64,000 nucleotides of DNA from Mobula hypostoma. Lineage: Eukaryota. The stretch is taken from positions 20,524,001 through 20,588,000 of the forward strand of contig NC_086118.1 of the NCBI RefSeq assembly GCF_963921235.1, read 5' to 3'. Under the pieces are notes generated by a model. That model did no database searches. It was not told the origin of the DNA and was given only the letters and a program-made list of their open reading frames with translations. The translations under genes were made by a program, and so were the position numbers. Shown in pieces: positions 40,255 to 52,122 of the stretch; position 1 is the stretch's first letter, and every line of letters begins with the position of its first letter.

Positions 40255-41710
40255 TATCTAAGAAAAGATGTGCTCGAATTGGAGAGGGTTCCAAGGAGGT
40301 TCACGAGGATGATTCCAGGAATGAAAGGGTTATCATACAAGGAATGTTTGATGGCTCTGGGTCTGTACTCACTGTAATTTAAAATGATGGGGGGGGGGGG
40401 ATCTCATTGAAACCTTGCAAATGTTGAAAAGCCTAGACAGAGTAGATGTGGAAAGGATATTTCCCATGGTGGGGGAGTCTAGGACAAGAGGGCACACCCT
40501 CAGGATAGAGGGGCATCCATTTAAAACAGACATGAGGAGAAATCACCCAGGGGGTGGTAAATTTCTGGAATTTCTTATCACAGACAGCTCTAGAGGCCAG
40601 GTCATTGGTGTATTTAAGGCAGAGCTTGATAGATTCTTGATTGGCCATGGCATCAAAGGTTACAGGGAAAAGGCTGAGGAGGGAAAAACATATCAGCCAT
40701 GATCGAATGGCGGAACAAACTCGATAGGCCAAATAGCCTAATTCTGCTCCTATGTCTTGTGGTCTTAATGGTGGAAGGATACTTTTCTCATTGAAAAGCT
40801 GTGATCAGTGGTGTACCACAGGAACCAATGTTGGGACCCTTAATATTTAAAATACAGATTAATTTGGATGTGAGCGTAGGAAGCACGAGTAAATTTGTGG
40901 ATGATACAAAAATTGGTGTTGCACACAGTAAGGAAGATTGTCCACGGCAAAACATAGATTAGCTGGAAAGTTGGGCACAGAATTGTCAGATGGAACTTAA
41001 TCCTGGCAAGTGCAGGGAAATGCATTTTGGGAAGTCAAACAGGGACAGGTCATAAACAGCAAATAGTTGGGCACTAAGGAATGGAACAGAAATACGCTGA
41101 GGGTCAAGTCCATAACTCCCAAAAATTGGTATAAAGGTAGAGAGGATAGTGAAGAAAGCTCCAGCTTACGTGTCTTCATAGGTCAAGGAACAAAAGATGG
41201 GAAATCATAAAAAGTGCACTATGTGCAGGTCTAGTCACTGGACTATTGGAAAAATGCTTTGCATTGGAGGAAATGCAGAGCAGATTCCCAAGACATTGCC
41301 TGGATTGGACTTCAGTTGCGGGGAGAGATCGGAGAGGCTGGGCTTGTTTTCCTTAAGGAGAAGGAGGCCAAAGAGTGATCTGACAAAGCTATGCAAAATT
41401 ATGAGACATAGACAGGTTGGTCCGAATCATTTTCTTCAATGTTAGAAGTATCAAAAACAAGAGGACATAGACTTAAAGCGAAAAGGAGGTAGAAAGGAGA
41501 TTTCAAGGGAAAGTTCTTTCATTTATAGGAGAATGGTTGCTATATGGAAAGGGCTGGAAGAGAGAGTGGTGGAATCACATGTTTAATAGTTATTTAGACA
41601 GACACTTAAGATAAGACACAGAAGATGGAGTAGATGCGATCAATGTCGGTGGCTAAAAGGGTCGACCATACATATAACGGGCCGAAGGGTTCGTTAAAGT
41701 GTCGCACACG
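40255..41710 (+). mobile_element. Two adjacent decayed CR1 3' fragments, ending about 50 bp from the exon 1 donor
   Basis: GESRTRGHTLRI motif with CR1 3' UTR (to about 40770), then an older copy with GVPQE/LERLGLFSL-like motifs and a GGGCCGAAGGG 3' end. Confidence 0.7.
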
Positions 41711-41980
41711 CCACAATGACTCCCAGGCAGGCCGTGCTGAAGGCAAGGAGCCGCACTCACCGTGGTCCTGGTTGAAGCCGGCGTACAGCAGGCCGTTGCC
41801 GTGCGGGTTGGCCGGCAGTAGGTCCATGGCTCCACCGCCCCTCAGCTGATCGCCACCATCGCCTCGGCCCGTGCGCCCACTTCCGGCGTCCGCTGCTCAG
41901 CCAGCGCTCCAAGTCAAACGCCGCACCACCGAGCGCGCAGGCTAACCAGCCGAGCACAGCGCAGCTCGCTCGCTTTAAAC
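41690..41980 (-). promoter_or_regulatory. Small CpG-rich promoter/5' UTR of WDR45B with an ETS/GABP-type motif
   Basis: Abrupt GC- and CpG-rich patch around exon 1; CCGGAAGTG on the minus strand at 41878-41886. Confidence 0.7.
41761..41827 (-). CDS. WDR45B: WDR45B/WIPI3 coding exon 1 (67 nt)
   Basis: Translates MDLLPANPHGNGLLYAGFNQDH-G, matching the WIPI3 N-terminus; ATG in ggagccATGg context; donor GTGAGT at 41760. Confidence 0.97.
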
Positions 41981-43300
41981 CAGTGGTTCTCAAACTTTTT
42001 TTGGGTTACCGCCCCTTCGGTGCCCAGCGGCCCCTCTCCTTTTGCAGCCGTCGCATAATAACTCTAAATAACTTTGATTTATGATGCACAGCGAAAGAAA
42101 ATAGGATCTGCAAATTCAAAGCAGTGACAAATGCTTGCAAAAAATATTCAAATGTATTTAAAACTATAAATAAACTTATTTAATTACAGTAAAAGCCATT
42201 TTCGTGAACAACGCTGGTCGCTTAGGCCAACGTTGCACTTAAATCAGGTGAAGCAAGAACGTTGTGATCAGATTATTCCTCAACAATCTGAAATATCGAC
42301 TTCCCCTTCATATCTGTTTCTAGTCCCCTTGCAAATAACAACTTTTGAATCATGTGTTCTTCTTTTATCAAGTAAATAGAAACAAGAAGCAAAGATTCAT
42401 TGCCTGGCAAAATTGATTCGTCTAACTGCAGAGCAAACTTGTTGGGCTAAGTATATTGTGCAACGTGCCTTCCACATTCCCCTTTGAACAGAGTTGTCCC
42501 TGAGCAAAATTGCTTAAATTATTTGATCGGATGATTTATGCAAAACTGTACTGAGAACATCTCTTACTGTTCTTCTCCAATTGTATGGGGCTTTCCAGAT
42601 TTAGCAATGAGAAGTCGTATGAAGCACACAAACCATCACTATTTTTTGTGAAGTGCTGGCAGACATGTTTTGACATGTTTTCCATTTCTGAAAGTTTTCA
42701 CAAAGTAACTGAAAATAATCCAAGTTCATGTTTGCTTTATCAGAGTGAATTCTCTTCAAATGTTCAAGGAACCTGGACAGTTCCTTTGCCTCATTTGAAA
42801 AAAAAATGTTTCCACCCAACAGACACTTTGGCAACCAAGCTTGGTATAAATCCGTATTTCAGATACTCCACACTATACTGTCTACATGTCTTTTTAGTGG
42901 AAAACCAGGTTCAGGAAACGTCGTTGCCTCTCAACCATAAGACTCTTGAACCAGTGGGATAACTTCACTTGCCCCATCACTGAGCTGTTCCCACAAACTA
43001 TGGACTCACTCTCAAAGTCTCTTCATCTCATGTTCTCGATATTTATTGTTCGTGTATTTATTTACTTAATTTGTGTTTGCACAGATTTTTGTCTTTTGCA
43101 CGTTGTGTCTGTCCTTTTGGGTGCAGTCTTTCATTGATTCTATTTTGATTCTTGGATTATTGAGTATGCCCACAAGAAAATAAATCTCAGGGTTATATAC
43201 GGTGACATATAATTAGTTTGATAATAAATTTACTTTGTACTTGTATTTTGTTTGGTCTGCTTCAGCTATTCCATTATGGATTAATAACCATGGTCAGTCA
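41981..43300 (-). mobile_element. Decayed hAT (Charlie/Buster-type) element immediately upstream of WDR45B; far end not resolved
   Basis: CTTTAAAC followed by CAGTGGTTCTCAAACTTTT terminus; minus-strand remnant QYSVEYLKYGFIP..PKCLL..FSNEA..HLKRIH; interrupted by a LINE 3' fragment at about 42905-43240. Confidence 0.75.
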
Positions 43301-44309
43301 TCTACTGTTTAACTCCAACTTTAAGTATTGTGATCAATAAAGGGGAAAGCTATGTCATCATCACAGCTTAGGCAAAACCTCTCTGCCTGAAGATGTATAA
43401 AGTGGGGCAGTAAGATCTCAGTTGGGCTGTTGGTTAGAGAAAAGTGGTTAACACCATTCGAAAGGGCAAATTCTGAACTTTACCCCATTGAATGCCATGC
43501 ACTAATTCACAGCAATAGCATTACTACTTGATTGGAGTATCAGAATTGTACTAGCTAGCGTTGTCCTACAGTAGTGAACGGTAATAATGAGTGGCCCAGG
43601 CCTGGAAATAGCCCGATTTCTTCAGTTCAGATTTCTCATGATACACCAAATTCCGAAGTGTCATTTCAACAATTACACAATCAGTTAGAGAGAGATGAGG
43701 TGATTATGTGATCATAATCAAATATGAGGCACCGAGGATCAGATGCTTATAATAAGTAATTAATTTTCAGAAGTAAGTCTGTAATCCTTCAGCTGCTCTC
43801 CCATACTACCGAGCACCCCTACAGCCCCCTTCATCTTTCTCAGCCCCTCAGAACCTCCCACCACCCCACTAATGAAAGCATCAATACTGTTTCATAGCCT
43901 GCAGTGTAGACATATACATGAAGCTCAATATCTCTATGGAGTTGGTCAGATCAAACCTAAATTATATTTTCTTTGCACTATTTGGCTGTTTAGTTAGAGG
44001 TGAAGATCTATGATGATAAACTGGAGATGCACACTAAGACAGGCAGCATTTATGCAGAAAGGAAATTGGATTTCACAGTAGTTCTGCTAACCAAAGACAA
44101 GTGACATGAAACATAAACTGCATTTCTATCAACACTTGTAGAATGCAAATCCTCTTTGGACCATTTACCAATCTTTTCCAGTTCAGGTGGCTGATAAGAA
44201 ACCACCCATCTACTTCGATAGACTCCATCTGCATCCCAGTAGGTACTTCCTTGCTTGGTCTTTATTGGGACCAAGCCGTGACATGGCTGCCAACCCTATT
44301 GTTCCATGG

Positions 44310-46414
44310 CTGTCATCTACCAACTCAGAGGAGTACACGGCAGTGACTAGCTACATCAGCAAGTGCATCGATGACATCACTGTGGCCAAGACCATCACTA
44401 CACGCGCTAACCAGAAGCCATGGATGACCGCGGAGGTGTGTGCGCTGCTGAGGACCCGTGACTCCGCCTTCAGAGCAGGTGACAAGGCAGCCCTAATAAC
44501 AGCAAGGGCCAAACTGTCCCGGGCCATCAGAGAGGCAAGGCATGCACATGCCCAGCGAATCCACAGCCACTTCCAGGACAGCGGCAACACGCAGCGCATG
44601 TGGAAGGGCATTCAGGACATCACCAACTACAAGACAACACCACCTGCCTGTGCTGGTGATGTCTCCCTCCCAGATGCGCTGAACAACTTCTACGCTTGTT
44701 TTGAGGTGGAAAATGACATGGCAGCGAGGAGGACCACCCCTCCTCCAAATGATCAGGTTCCGTGTCTTACCGTGGCCGATGGGAGAACCCTGTGCAGGGT
44801 CAACCCACAGAAGGCTGCTGGACCAGACATTATTCCTGGCAGAATGCTTAAAGGATGTGCAGATCAGCTAGCTGAGATTCTCACTGACATCTTTAACATC
44901 TCCCTGAGCAGCGCCGTCGTTCCTACGTGTTTCAAGGCCGCCACCATCGTCCCCGTGCCGAAGTCTTCAGTGTCCTGCCTCAACGACTACCGTCCCGTTG
45001 CACTCACATCCATCATCATGAAGTGTTTCGAGAGGCTCGTCATGAGGCACATCAAGTCCCTGCTGCCCCCCTCACTGGACTCCCTGCAGTTCGCGTACCG
45101 TCCCAACCGTTCAACAGAAGATGCCATTGCCATCACCCTCCACCTGGCCCTAACCCACCTGGACAAAAAAGACACGTATGTTCGAATGCTGTTCATAGTC
45201 TCCAGTTCAGCACTCAACACAATCATTCCTCAGAAACTGATTGGAAAGCTGAGCCTACTGGGCCTGAACACCTCCCTCTGCAACTGGATCCTAGACTTCC
45301 TGACTGGGAGACCCCAGTCAGTCCGGATCGGGAGCAGCATCTCCGACACCATCACACTGAGCACTGGGGCCCCCCAGGGCTGTGTGCTCAGTCCACTGCT
45401 GTTCACTCTGCTGACCCACGACTGTGCAACAATACACAGCTCAAACCACATCATCAAGTTCGACAATGACACGACCGTGGTGGGTCTCATCAGCAAGAAC
45501 GATGAGTCAGCATACAGAGAGGAGGTGCAGCGGCTAACAGACTGATGCAGAGCCAACAACCTGTCTCTGAATGTGAACAAAACAAAAGAGATGGTTGTTG
45601 ACTTCAGGAAGACACGGAGCGACCACTCTCCGCTGAACATCGATGACTCCGCCATAGAGATCGTTAAGAGCACCAAATTTCTTGGTGTTCACCTGGCAGA
45701 GAATCTCACCTCGTTCCTCAACACCAGCTCCATAGCAAAGAAAGCCCAGCAGCGTCTCTACTTTCTGCGAAGGCTGAGGAAAGTCCATCTCCCACCCCCC
45801 CATCCAAACCACATTCTTCAGAGGTTGTGTTGAGAGCATCCTGAGCAGCTGCATCACTGCCTGGTTCAGAAATTGCACCATCTCGGATCGCAACACCCTG
45901 CAGTGGATAGTGAGGTCAGCTGAGAAGATCATTGGGGTCTCTCTTCCCGCCATTACAGACATTTACACCACACGCTGCATCCGCAAAGCAAACAGCATTA
46001 TGAAGGACCCACGCACCCCTCATACAAACTCTTCTCCCTCCTGCCATCTGGCAAAAGGCACCGAAGCATTCGGGCTCTTACGACCAGACTGTGCAACAGT
46101 TTCTTCCCCCAAGCCATCAGACTCCTCAATACCCAGAGCCTGGACTGACACCAACCTACTGCCCTCTACTGTGCCTGCTGTCTTGTTTATTATTTATTGT
46201 AATGCCTGTACTGTTTTGTGCACTTTATGTAGTCCTGGGTAGGTCTGTAGTCTAAGTGTAGTTTTTGTGTTGTTTTACATAGTTCAGTGTGGTTTTTGTA
46301 TTGTTTCATGTAGCACCATGGTCATGAAAAACGTTGTCTCATTTTTACTGTGTACTGTACCAGCAATTATGGTTGAAATGACAATTAAATGTGACTTGAC
46401 TTGACTTGACTTGA
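44310..46414 (+). mobile_element. 5'-truncated Rex1/Babar-like LINE
   Basis: 452-aa RT ORF ([35 protein letters not shown]) with later stops; (ACTTG)n tail at about 46392-46414. Confidence 0.9.
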
Positions 46415-46479
46415 TCTCACTTGAATCGCTTCAGGTTGTTGTAGTGTCTGTGTCATGTTATTCCTGGAATTCCTACTGA

Positions 46480-48010
46480 TCAACTGGCTGTTGTGTTTAC
46501 TGATAACTTTAACCCCTCTCTTTGGCAGATTGAGGTACCCACCTGCTTCAAGGAAGCTTCAATTACACCAATGCCTGAGAAGAATGTGATAATCAGCCTC
46601 AATGACTATCATCCAGTAGCACTTACATCTACTGTGATGAAGTGCTTTGAGAGGTTGGTCATGAAATACCTGTAAATATCAGCTCCAGTCTCGGGGGTGA
46701 CATGGATTCATTCCAATTTGCCTACGAACAAAACAGGTTAACAGCAGATACCATTTCATTGGTTCTTCACTTAGCCCTGGAACATCTGGACAGCGAATAT
46801 GCATATGCCAGGATGCTCTTCATTGACTACAGCTCTGCATTCAACACTATCATCCCCTCAATACTAATCCATAAGCTCCAAGACCTCGGCCTTGATACCT
46901 CCTTGTGCAACTGGATCCTCGATCTCCTCACTTGCAGAGCCCAGTCAGTTCGGATTGGCAACAACGTCTCCTTCACAATCACCATTAGTACAGGCATGGG
47001 CTGAGCCCTCCACGCCACTCGCTTTGTACTTCTGACCATCAGACTGAGTACTGCTCCAGTACTGACGACACCATTGCGTTGGCTGAATCAAAGGCAATGA
47101 TGAATCAGCAAATAGGAGGGAGATTGATTGAATGGTGCCACAACAACAAGGACAACAAAACTGAAGAGCTGATTATTGACTACAGGAGGAAGAAACCAGA
47201 GGTCCATGAGCCAGTCCTCATTAGGGGAACAGAGGTGAAAAGGGCCAGTAACTTTAAGTTCCTCGGTTTTATCATTTCAAAGGATCTGTTGTGGGACCAG
47301 CACATGAGGCACCATAACAAAGAGGCACCATTACAAAGCAGTGACTCTACTTTCTTAGAAGTTTACACAGATTCTGCATGTCAACTAAAATCTTGACAAA
47401 CTTCTATAGATGCACAGTGGAGTATCCTAACTGAATGCATCATGGGCTGGTATGAAAACATCGATGCCCAGAAACAGAAAAGCTACAGAAAGTGGTGGAT
47501 ACAGCCTAGTCTATGACAGACAAAGCCCCCTCCACCATTGTTCTCAGCTATAAAGTGCACTTCCAGAAGAAGGCAGCATCCATCATCAAGGACCCCCACC
47601 ATCCAGGCCATTCTTTCTTCTCGCTGCTGCTACTGGTCTTCCATTCAGTACAGCAGCCTTATGTTTCACGCCACCAGGTTCAGGAACAGTTATTATCCTT
47701 CAACCATCAGACTCCTGAACCAGAGTGGATAACTTCACTCAACACTGAACTGATTCCCCGACCCATGGACTCACTTTCAAGGACTCTATAACTCATGTTC
47801 TCAGTATTATTTATCTGTCTATTTATCATGTTTATTTGTTTTTTTTTGTATGCACACTTTGTCATCTTCTGCCCATCGATTGTCAGTTTTGTACGTAGTT
47901 TTTCATTGATTCTGTTATATTTTTTTCTTCTACTGTAAATGCCTGCAAGAAAATGAATTCCAGAGTGGTATATAGTGACATACACATACTTTGATAATAC
48001 ATTTACTTAA
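46480..48010 (+). mobile_element. Older Rex1/Babar-like LINE fragment
   Basis: [35 protein letters not shown] and IIKDPHHPGH motifs with frameshifts. Confidence 0.85.
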
Positions 48011-48059
48011 AACATGGAACCTTGATACATTTCATTCTGATTTCTTCATTTATTTTATC

Positions 48060-48282
48060 TGTTGTGTATGTGGCCTGGTTACACAACAATGCTATTAATA
48101 AAAACGCTGGAGATGGGAGCTAAGGTTCATTGTTCTTTACTGGCAGAAACCAAACTCGGCACACATGTACAGAACAATTCGTGTCTCATAGCGCATGCTC
48201 AATATGCACTTAATAGCACATTCAATGACGTGTTATTAAAACATAAAGTAGTCCCTTATTATACTGTAGGCTATACGGTACA
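48060..48282 (-). repeat. 3' LTR (223 bp)
   Basis: Direct repeat of 51925-52122 with an extra internal unit of about 25 bp; adjacent to the PPT. Confidence 0.93.
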
Positions 48283-49105
48283 CTCTCCCCTTTTATTTTA
48301 ATAGTGTATCAACTGATTTTTTTACTAGGGCCCTATGCTAAACAAATATGTTTACCCTTAACAGACAAATGCCTACCATTTGTTTACTTAGTAACTTAAT
48401 AATATCAAATTATAACAAGCCTTTTTTTCACTTTTGGTTTAAGACCCATTTATAACTCAAGTCTCTGGGGGGGTCTTCTCTAGATTGTCCGGCACTGAAG
48501 CAAATAGGTCTTCACTCTATTGTCTGGAATAAATTAAACAATCCACAAATTGGCAAGTTCCAGCTATAAAGAGTAGTCACCTCCGTCTTGCAAAGATGAC
48601 AAAAGCAAAGGGAAATCCGTGAAAAGGTGAATGTTATTCTTAAAAATATGTACAATCATCAAAACTGAGATGGCATTGGAAAGTGTCTTCAAATAGTGTG
48701 TTCTTCAGTGTATCAATAAACTTGTTTGTCTTAATACAGATTTTCATATAAAAGTCATGAAAAGTTGACCTCTGAGCACAGGGAGTTAAGAAGATGTGCA
48801 CCTGCAACTTGCTAAGAGTTCTAGGCAGCAGATCGCCTCCGTATAATGATGATTCCTCTGTGCAGCTGTCCTAGATATATACACATCTTTGTGCTATCAC
48901 TTGTCTTCCTGACCCATATCTCATTTCTTCCAACTGGGCTAATTACACAGCCAACCTTTGTATTCTCCTTAGATTCCAAATAGATAGCATGACCTTTATG
49001 ATACCATCTCTTATCGTAATATAACTTTCCATCTTCTATTCATGCTTCATATCTTTGTGCTGGTGATTCAGCAGGAGTGCTGGGAAGATGCTCAGAAGAA
49101 GACAG

Positions 49106-49790
49106 AGATTAGATTAGATTAGATTATGAGGACACTCAGTCCTCATTTATTGTCATTTAGTAATGCATGCATTAAGAAATGATACAATGTTCCTCCAGTA
49201 TGATATCACAGAAACACAGGACAGACCAAGACTAAAACTGACAAAAACAACGAAATTATAACATATAATTACAACAGTGCAAAGCAATACCGTAATTTGA
49301 TAAAGAGCAGACCATGGACATGGTAAAAAAAAGTCTCAAAGTCCTGATAGCCCATCATCTCACACAGATGGTAGAAGGGAGAAACTCTCCCTGCCATGAA
49401 CCTCCAGCGCCGCAAACTTGCTGCCGCAGCACCCTGGAAGCACCCGACAACAGCTGACTCTAAGTCCATCCGAAAACTTCGAGCCTCCGACCAGCACTCG
49501 GACACCGAGCACCGAGCACCATCTCTGCCGAGCGCTTTGACCCCGCCCCGGCTGCCAAGCAACAAGCAAAGCCGAGGGCTCGGGGCCTTCCCCTCGAGAG
49601 ATTTTGGATCACACAGTAGCAGCGGCAGCGAAACAGGCATTTCAGAAGTTTCACCAGATGTTCCTCCGTGCTCTCACATCCATCTCCATCAAATCAGGAT
49701 TGTGCACGGCACCCTACTTGACAGATAACAGATATTCATCACTGGAGTGGCCTCTGTGCGCTGCGTCGCGCCGCCATCTTCTCCTCATCT
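49106..49790 (-). mobile_element. Non-coding retroposon of about 680 bp inserted in the SUDS3 copy
   Basis: Starts near AAGATGGCGGCG, ends in (CTAAT)n; splits PASP|SSEHLP; second copy at about 52310-52970. Confidence 0.8.
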
Positions 49791-50090
49791 GGAGGAGATG
49801 CTGGTCTTTTCGAAGATTTAAGCTTATTGAGAGTTTGCAGATCTTCCATTATCTGTTCATCTGTTAACAAGTAATTTAACTGCGCAGGTGCAGGTTTTCG
49901 TCTTTTGTCTGTAATTGGAACAGGGTCATTAGGTCTCCTCCTTAGTTTCCTAGTCATTATTGGCTTTACCTCCATAGAATCTCCTGTGAGTTCCATTGTT
50001 AGCCTCTCATTCTCAATCATCTTTTTCTTTTCTTCTAACTCAATCTTTTTATCTTCAAATTCCTTCACTGCTGCTTTCTTCTCTTTAATA

Positions 50091-50738
50091 TGTAAGGGGT
50101 TTCTTCTTTCATGTTACTTGCTAAGGCTAATAAAATGGCTTCTCTGTAGTGTTATAATAAAATGGCTTCTCTGTAGTGTTAACTGCTGATGTAAGGGGTT
50201 CTCTGTAGGAGCGTGTTTGGGTTACAATTAGTGATAACGGGACTTGTATTCATTTGCTAACCAACTGGGACAGATGTTATTCTTTCTTGTGTATCTGAAA
50301 GCTGTTGTTTGCGCGGGATTTGGTCAGAACGCGCCATGGGGATGAAGAGAGAAGACGCACACGAAGAGATGCAGTGAGCTGGCTAGCAGAGCGGACCCCG
50401 AGTGGGGGCTTGGGACCCGGCGGAGTTCGGAGGAAACCAGATGGTGGACCAAGGATACTGCATGAGCTCCAATGAGTTATTTGTGCACGAACTGTCTAAT
50501 TATTATCCTTGATGTCTTTTTATTTTATATTTTGGTCTCTACTAATCCCATAGTTCAAGTAAGAGTTATAAAATCTTAATTATTTAATTGCATCCTGTGT
50601 ATGGCTTGTCGTTACAGGGTACTGATTTGAAACAGGGGACACATCACACAGCATTCACCCAAACGTGAGTTCTAAGGTTTGGCTGAGCAAGGGGGTTATC
50701 ACCCCAAGATCATGCCACTAGGCAAAGCGAGCGTTACA
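50091..50738. mobile_element. Solo LTR (648 bp) inserted in the SUDS3 copy
   Basis: TGTAA...TTACA ends; AATA 4-bp TSD at 50087-50090 and 50739-50742; removing it restores V-E-R-N-Y-I-K-E; internal 27-bp tandem duplication at 50128-50181. Confidence 0.9.
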
Positions 50739-51109
50739 AATATAATTCCTTTCCACTTGTTCCGTCTCCAGTTGCAGAAAAAGCTCTGCATTTCATATTC
50801 TTTCCTTGTATTGTTGATCTAGTTTCTTCATCCTTTTCTGATACTCCTGCAAAACGCCTTCCTGTAACTGCTGTAGCTGCCTTTTGAGAGATGTCAATTT
50901 CTCCTGGTACATCTGCTCTTTTACTTCCAGGTAGTCTTCATCATCCTGCTTATTGGCAATATCTGTCTCTCTTGGCATCCTCTGTATCTTCATCCGAGTC
51001 ATGGCCACGGATATTGCGTTCGTCCTCATTGTCGACACTGTCTAGCTCCTCCTTGTCATTGTAATAGTCAACAATGAGTGAGGGGAGAGCTGAGGACATC
51101 TTCCCCGCC

Positions 51110-51480
51110 GAGCTGCCCTTCTTTGTTGACGCATCTAGTGCCTTGATGGTGTGCCAATCCAACTGGATTTTCCTGAGCCATTCACGTCCCAGCAATGGTG
51201 GACCTCCCTTTTTCAGTACATAGAGGATCAGTTGCTGTGTTTTACCTCCGTGGGTCACTGTCACTTTAATTTTGCCTTTGGGACGCACTTTCTGTCCTGT
51301 GTAAGTTTTTAGCAGTAGTTTAGTTCGTTTCAGAGGTATGTGCGAAAACAGTTGTTTGTATTCATGTACAGAGATCTCTGTTAAAACTGAGCATGTATCC
51401 AACTCCATTTTCAGTCTCATGCCTGTCACTTGTGGAGTGATCCATATTACTCTTCGATCATCTGTCTCTTTCATGCTGTG
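51110..51480 (-). pseudogene. Gypsy-type aspartic protease domain remnant
   Basis: LKMELDTCS (DTG altered to DTC), LKTYTG and PPLLGREWL motifs within ORF 50950-51543; possible decayed gag zinc knuckle (NCGSHGH) near 51635-51660. Confidence 0.85.
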
Positions 51481-51924
51481 AAGTCGCAGACAAGACAATT
51501 CACTTTCGTCTGAGTCGTTTTCATCAGAACTGCCTTCTTTCATGTTGTGTACCTTGTTGTATTTTCCTTTCTGGGGTTTCTTGTTTCTCTGTATTTTGAC
51601 CTTTTCTGCTGTTTACTAGCTTTGCGTACTCTGCCAGTGTGGCCATGGCTGCCACAGTTTTGCCTGGGGCAGGCAGACCCTCAGCCCCTGGGGGTCAGCG
51701 CCGGCTGTGGTCTCGGCTGGATGTGTTGCGGCTCCGACTGTTTCTCTTGGTCTCCAGACGTTCCCGACCCCGGCTGTGCTCCCACTTCCTTTCAGACTTG
51801 CTGCCTCACTCTGCCTTCTTCTCCCACTCCTTGGCTCATTCCTTACGCTCTTCTTCCGAGTGCTGTTATCAATTAAAACATGGCGTTCCGATACGATGTA
51901 GGTTCATTAACCTCATCGCAAATT

Positions 51925-52122
51925 TGTTGTGTATGTGGCCTGGCTACACAACAATGCTATTAATAAAAACGCTGGAGATGGGAGCTAAGGTTCATGGTTC
52001 TTTACCGGCGGAAACCGAACTCGGCACACACGTACAGATCAATATGTGCCTAATAGCGCATGCAATGACGTTTTACTAAAACATAAGGTAGTCCCTTATT
52101 ATACTGTAGGCTATATGGTACA
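51925..52122 (-). repeat. 5' LTR (198 bp)
   Basis: Direct repeat of 48060-48282; adjacent to the PBS. Confidence 0.93.

Larger units (their letters stand above)
48821..51099 (-). pseudogene. SUDS3: Processed (intronless) SUDS3/SDS3 copy in three pieces: 51099-50739, 50090-49791 and about 49103-48821
   Basis: [100 protein letters not shown] and RRRSAA* match the Sin3-HDAC subunit SDS3; frameshift near 50972; TGA stops at 50793-50795 and 49040-49042. Confidence 0.93.
48060..52122 (-). mobile_element. Non-autonomous Gypsy-type LTR retrotransposon carrying a captured SUDS3 cDNA
   Basis: TG...CA LTRs at 51925-52122 (5') and 48060-48282 (3'); TTATC TSD at 48055-48059 and 52123-52127; degenerate PBS AATTTGCGATGAGG at 51911-51924; PPT AAAAGGGGAGAG at 48283-48294; protease remnant. 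Confidence 0.93.

Noticed and set aside
44187..45545. 452-aa ORF as a host gene or active RT
   Set aside because: 5'-truncated LINE; catalytic FADD reads FDND and the frame terminates early.
48821..51099. SUDS3 as a functional three-exon gene
   Set aside because: The interruptions are transposon insertions (one with TG...CA ends and a TSD, one with a repeat tail and a second copy nearby), and the CDS has a frameshift and two stops.
51547..52079. Plus-strand ORFs of 109 and 146 aa
   Set aside because: Antisense to the LTR element's leader/gag region and running into the LTR; no recognisable domain.
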